This document shows positions 60,266 through 64,000 of a stretch of 64,000 nt of DNA, piece after piece. Made by a program: the position numbers and the translations under genes. How positions within the stretch are numbered: the stretch's first letter is position 1; the number at the start of each line of letters is the position of its first letter. A model generated the notes under the pieces. It worked only from the letters and a program-made list of their open reading frames with translations, did not search any database and was not told the origin of the DNA. The DNA comes from an uncultured Candidatus Rokubacteria bacterium (GTDB lineage Bacteria > Methylomirabilota > Methylomirabilia > Rokubacteriales > DASRDR01): positions 1-64,000 of the forward strand of contig CAWGVS010000003.1 of NCBI GenBank assembly GCA_963826115.1. Reading direction: 5' to 3'.

Positions 60266-60936
60266 GCGACGACGCCGGGCGGACGACGCGCCCGGAGGGC
60301 CCGCTCCGGAACCGGGCCACGCCGCGCGGCGAGCTCGTCGCCACGGCCGCGCGCGGCACGCTCATGGGGAACCGCGGCCGTCTCCACGCGCCCGACCGCC
60401 GGATCGTGCGGCGGGTGGCCCCGGGCTACCGGGCGTGGGTGACGTGCGTCCTCGAGTTCCGGGGCCGGCGCCGCCCGGTGATGGAGCCCGGTCGCTACAC
60501 CGAGCTGTTCTTTCTCGACGAGGCCACGGCACTGGCGGCCGGGCACCGTCCCTGCGGCGAGTGCCGGCGGACGGACTTCCGCCGCTTCAAGGCGCTCTGG
60601 CTCGCGGCCAACCGGGACCGACGGCTTGGGGCGGACGTGCTCATCGGCGCGATCGACCGGGAGCTTCACCGGGACCGGATCGGGGACGACGGAGGGGCCC
60701 GGACGTATGCCGCGGAGGTCGGCTCGCTGCCGGACGGCGTCTTCGTCGCGCTCCCGGGCGTCCCGACGCCGCTCCTGGTCTGGAAGGGCGGCTTGGCACC
60801 GTGGTCGCCCATCGGCTACGACGCGCCCCGGAAGCCGACCCCACGGCAGCGGGCGGAGGTCCTGACCCCGCGCTCCACGGTGCTGACGATCGCCGCGGGG
60901 TACGCGCCCGGCGTGCACCCGAGCGCGCGCGGCTGA
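60262..60936 (+). CDS. Ada-like metal-binding domain protein (possible CTG start)
   Basis: PLRNRATPRGELVATAARGTLMGNRG, YTELFFLDEATALAAGHRPCGECR, LPDG, VLTP. Confidence 0.75.
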   Translation: MSDDAGRTTRPEGPLRNRATPRGELVATAARGTLMGNRGRLHAPDRRIVRRVAPGYRAWVTCVLEFRGRRRPVMEPGRYTELFFLDEATALAAGHRPCGECRRTDFRRFKALWLAANRDRRLGADVLIGAIDRELHRDRIGDDGGARTYAAEVGSLPDGVFVALPGVPTPLLVWKGGLAPWSPIGYDAPRKPTPRQRAEVLTPRSTVLTIAAGYAPGVHPSARG

Positions 60937-60955
60937 CGGCGCGTCCGGCGCCGGC

Positions 60956-63900
60956 CTAGGGCGAGCGCGTCTCCAGCCCGCGGGGGGAGGCCGGCCCGCC
61001 CAGGCCGTCGCCCGCGGCCGCGCCGTTCGGTCCGACGGCCGTCGTGTGCGCGGCGGTCCCGTGGCCGACGATGGTCGCCGGGGACAGAGCCCCGTCGCCG
61101 CCGGCCGGCTCGGCCGCCGCGCCGGCAACGCGGGGCCGGCGCCGCCACCTGAGGAACCGCACCAGGTCGTGGAGCAGGAGGTACGCGACCGGGGTCACCA
61201 GGAGCGTCAGCAGGAGCGAGAGTGTCTGCCCCCCGATCACGACGACCGCGATCGCGCGGCGCTCCTCCGATCCGGGTCCCGTGCCGACCCAGAGCGGCAG
61301 CATGCCGCCCACCAGCGCGAGGGTCGTCATCAGGATCGGCCGCAAGCGGTCCCGGTTCCCCTGCAGGATGGCGGTGCGGAGGTCGTGCCCCTCCTGACGG
61401 AGGGCATTCATGTGGTCGATCTGCAGGATCGCGTTCTTCTTGACCACGCCGAACAGCACGAGGATGCCGAGCGCGGAGTAGAGGTTCAGCGTGTTCCCCG
61501 TGTACCAGAGCGAGAACAGGGCGAACGGCACCGCGAGGGGCAGGGACAGGAGGATGTTCAGCGGGTGGACCAGGCTCTCGAACTGTGACGCCAGGATCAT
61601 GTACATGAAGATCACGGCCAGGAGGAACACCCACAGGAACTCGACGACGGTCTTCTCGAACTCGCGGGCCCGCCCCGACACCGACGTCGTGTAGCCGGCA
61701 GGCAGGTTCATCGCGAGCGTCGCCTGCTTGAGCGCGTCCATCCGGTCGGCCTGGCCGTAGCCGGGCGCGATGACGCCGCGGAGCCGGTTCTCCCGCTGGC
61801 GCTCCGACCGGTCGATGCGCGAAGCTGTCTCGGTCCGCGTGATCTTGACCAGGTTGTCCAGCCGGACGAGCCCGCCGCCGGGCGCCATGCCGACCTGGGG
61901 CGCCGCGCCGAGCGCGGTCGCAGAGCCCGCGGAGCTGCGCGAGACGTAGAGCCGCGAGATCGTGGCCGGGTCGCCCCGGTCCTTCGCGCTCAGGCGGAGC
62001 TGGACGTCGTAGTCCTGGTCCAGCAAGGGGTCGTGAAAGCGCGAGACCTCCTGGTCCCCGCCGACCATCAGACGGAGGGCGGAGGCGATCTGCTCGACGT
62101 CGACCCGAAGGTCGGCCGCCCGCTCCCGATCCACCTGCACCCGGAGCTCGGGGCGGTCAAGGCGTAGCGTCGTCGTGAGATCGAGCATGCCGCCTATCTG
62201 GACCGCGCGCTGCCGGAGCTGCTCGCCGAGGGTGCTCAGCGTCGCGAGCTCCGGCCCGCGGAGAACGTAGTCGATATCGAAGTTGCCGCCGCCGATGTTG
62301 AAACCCGGGATGTTCCGGATGGTGATCCGGACGTCGCGGAACTTGCGGACGCGCTGCCGGACCTCCTGCATCACCTCGCGCTGCGTGTAGTTGTCGCGGA
62401 AGGCCGCCCCGGGATCGCCGCGCTTGAGCCCCTCCCAGAGCCGGCTCAGCGTGACGGTGCGCTCGGCATGCGGCGCGATCCGCACGTACCCGCCGCCCTG
62501 GTTGACCCGGCCGAGGAAGTTGCTCCCGGCGGTCAGCAGGACCAGCCGGATACCCCGGACGGCCCGGATCTCGCGGTCCATCGCCTGCACCACCTCGTCC
62601 ATGGCGGCGAGGCTCATGCCCTCGGGACCCTCGTAGAAGACCTCGAACTCGGCCTCGTCCACGTCCGTCGGCACGTACTCGCGCTTCACCCAGCCGAAGA
62701 GCGGGACGGACGAGGCGATCACCGCGAGCGCGAGGAGCACCACCACCACGCGCCCGGCCGGGTGGATCGCGAGGCGAAGGAGCCACCCGTAGGTCGCCTC
62801 GATGTGACGGTAGAAGCCGCGCCGCGACCGCGCCGCGTCGTGCTCGCCGCCGGCGTCCTCGGCGCGGAGCATCCGCGCGCTCATCATCGGCGTCAGGGTG
62901 AACGAGACCAGGAGGCTCACGAGCACCGAGACCGCCGCGGTGAGACCGAACTGGTAGAGGAAGCGGCCCGAGACCGACGACATGAAGGACACCGGGACGA
63001 AGATGACCACGAGCGAGAGCGTCGTGGCCATGACCGCGAGGCCGATGTCGGCGGTGGCCGCGCGGGCCGCCTCGAACGGCCCCATCCGCTTCTCCTCGAC
63101 GAAGCGGAAGATGTTCTCCAGCACCACGATCGCGTCGTCGATCACGATGCCGACCATCAGCACCAGCGCCAGCATGGTGACGCTGTTCAGCGTGAAGCCG
63201 AGCGCCGCCATCATGCCGAACGCCGAGATGACCGAGGCGGGGATCGCCACCGCGGCGATGATGGTGGAGCGCCAACTGCGCATGAACGCGAACACCACCA
63301 GCGAGGCCAGGATGCTCCCGAGCACCAGGTGGAGGTTGATCTCGTGGAGCCCGGCGTAGATGTACCGGGACTGGTCGCGGATGATGTCCAGCTTGATGTC
63401 GCTGGGGAGCGTCGGCGCGAGGCGCTGCAGGTTCCCCTTGACGGCCTCGATCACGGCCACGGTGTTGGTGCCCGACTGCCGCCGGACGTCGAGGATGACC
63501 GTCGGGACGCCGTTCACGCGCACGGCCGAGCGCTGCTCCTTCGTGCCGTCCTCGGCGCGGCCGATGTCCCGCACCCGCACCGGCGCCCCGTTGATCGTGG
63601 CCACCACGAGATCGTTGAACGACCGGGGATCGACGACCCGGCCCATGGTCCGGAGCGACTGCTCCCGGGACCCGGACGTCACGTTGCCGCCGGGAAGGTC
63701 GGCGTTCTGGCGGGTGATGGCGTCGCGGACGGCGGTGATCGGGATCTGGTAGGCGGCCAGCCGGTCCGCCTCGACCCAGATGTTCACCGCGCGCAGGAGG
63801 CCGCCGACCAGCCGCACCTCGCCGACGCCCAGCGCGCGCTCCAGGTCGACCTTCACCGTCTTGTCGGCGATCTCGGTCAGCTCCCGGAGGCTCCGGTTCC

Positions 63901-64000
63901 CCGAAACGGCCAGCGTCATGACCGGCGCCTGGTCGTTGTCGAGCTTGGAGACCGTGGGCGGCAGGATGTCGTCGGGGAGGTTCCGGACCGCGTTCGCCAC
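60956..64000 (-). CDS. RND efflux permease (AcrB/AcrD/AcrF family), 5' end outside window
   Basis: GIVIDDAIVVLENI, LTPMM, GVVKKNAILQID, RLRPILMTT. Confidence 0.95.
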   Translation of the reverse strand: MANAVRNLPDDILPPTVSKLDNDQAPVMTLAVSGNRSLRELTEIADKTVKVDLERALGVGEVRLVGGLLRAVNIWVEADRLAAYQIPITAVRDAITRQNADLPGGNVTSGSREQSLRTMGRVVDPRSFNDLVVATINGAPVRVRDIGRAEDGTKEQRSAVRVNGVPTVILDVRRQSGTNTVAVIEAVKGNLQRLAPTLPSDIKLDIIRDQSRYIYAGLHEINLHLVLGSILASLVVFAFMRSWRSTIIAAVAIPASVISAFGMMAALGFTLNSVTMLALVLMVGIVIDDAIVVLENIFRFVEEKRMGPFEAARAATADIGLAVMATTLSLVVIFVPVSFMSSVSGRFLYQFGLTAAVSVLVSLLVSFTLTPMMSARMLRAEDAGGEHDAARSRRGFYRHIEATYGWLLRLAIHPAGRVVVVLLALAVIASSVPLFGWVKREYVPTDVDEAEFEVFYEGPEGMSLAAMDEVVQAMDREIRAVRGIRLVLLTAGSNFLGRVNQGGGYVRIAPHAERTVTLSRLWEGLKRGDPGAAFRDNYTQREVMQEVRQRVRKFRDVRITIRNIPGFNIGGGNFDIDYVLRGPELATLSTLGEQLRQRAVQIGGMLDLTTTLRLDRPELRVQVDRERAADLRVDVEQIASALRLMVGGDQEVSRFHDPLLDQDYDVQLRLSAKDRGDPATISRLYVSRSSAGSATALGAAPQVGMAPGGGLVRLDNLVKITRTETASRIDRSERQRENRLRGVIAPGYGQADRMDALKQATLAMNLPAGYTTSVSGRAREFEKTVVEFLWVFLLAVIFMYMILASQFESLVHPLNILLSLPLAVPFALFSLWYTGNTLNLYSALGILVLFGVVKKNAILQIDHMNALRQEGHDLRTAILQGNRDRLRPILMTTLALVGGMLPLWVGTGPGSEERRAIAVVVIGGQTLSLLLTLLVTPVAYLLLHDLVRFLRWRRRPRVAGAAAEPAGGDGALSPATIVGHGTAAHTTAVGPNGAAAGDGLGGPASPRGLETRSP

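Noticed and set aside
1-64000. CRISPR arrays, IS elements, prophage genes, rRNA
   Set aside because: No regularly spaced repeats, transposase/integrase motifs, phage structural genes or rRNA signatures were seen

Overview
High-GC bacterial chromosomal segment. The gene repertoire suggests a soil or sediment lineage such as Ca. Rokubacteria/Methylomirabilota, but this is inference only. From left to right: (1) A kdp potassium-pump locus (kdpB 3' end, kdpC, then kdpD-kdpE) interrupted by a kdpA relic, a universal stress protein, an orphan secF, a Cys-rich microprotein and a CPA2 antiporter. (2) Assorted oxidoreductases and hydrolases. (3) copC-copD-cocE followed by a plant-DUF579-like methyltransferase and a CDF transporter. 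(4) Amidase and arylsulfatase with deletion scars. (5) A lower-GC decayed island abutting tRNA-Gly(CCC). (6) ABC exporter, two GT2 genes, CCA-adding enzyme and TctC. (7) tlpA-ctaG-tatB(Zn-finger fusion)-lexA, then a 29-aa membrane peptide, a KaiC/RAD55-like ATPase, an AlkZ-like protein and an amidohydrolase. (8) Amine oxidase and a LysR/nitronate monooxygenase pair. (9) A four-gene minus-strand cluster headed by a B12-type radical SAM gene. Its apparent stop is a UGA followed by a SECIS-like hairpin, predicting a selenocysteine-containing C-U-A-E-P tail; the cluster also has NfuA, an ATP-grasp ligase and a D-2-hydroxyacid dehydrogenase. (10) An RND permease truncated by the window edge. No CRISPR array, rRNA, transposase or integrase was seen. 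All family calls come from motif recognition by eye, not from database searches.
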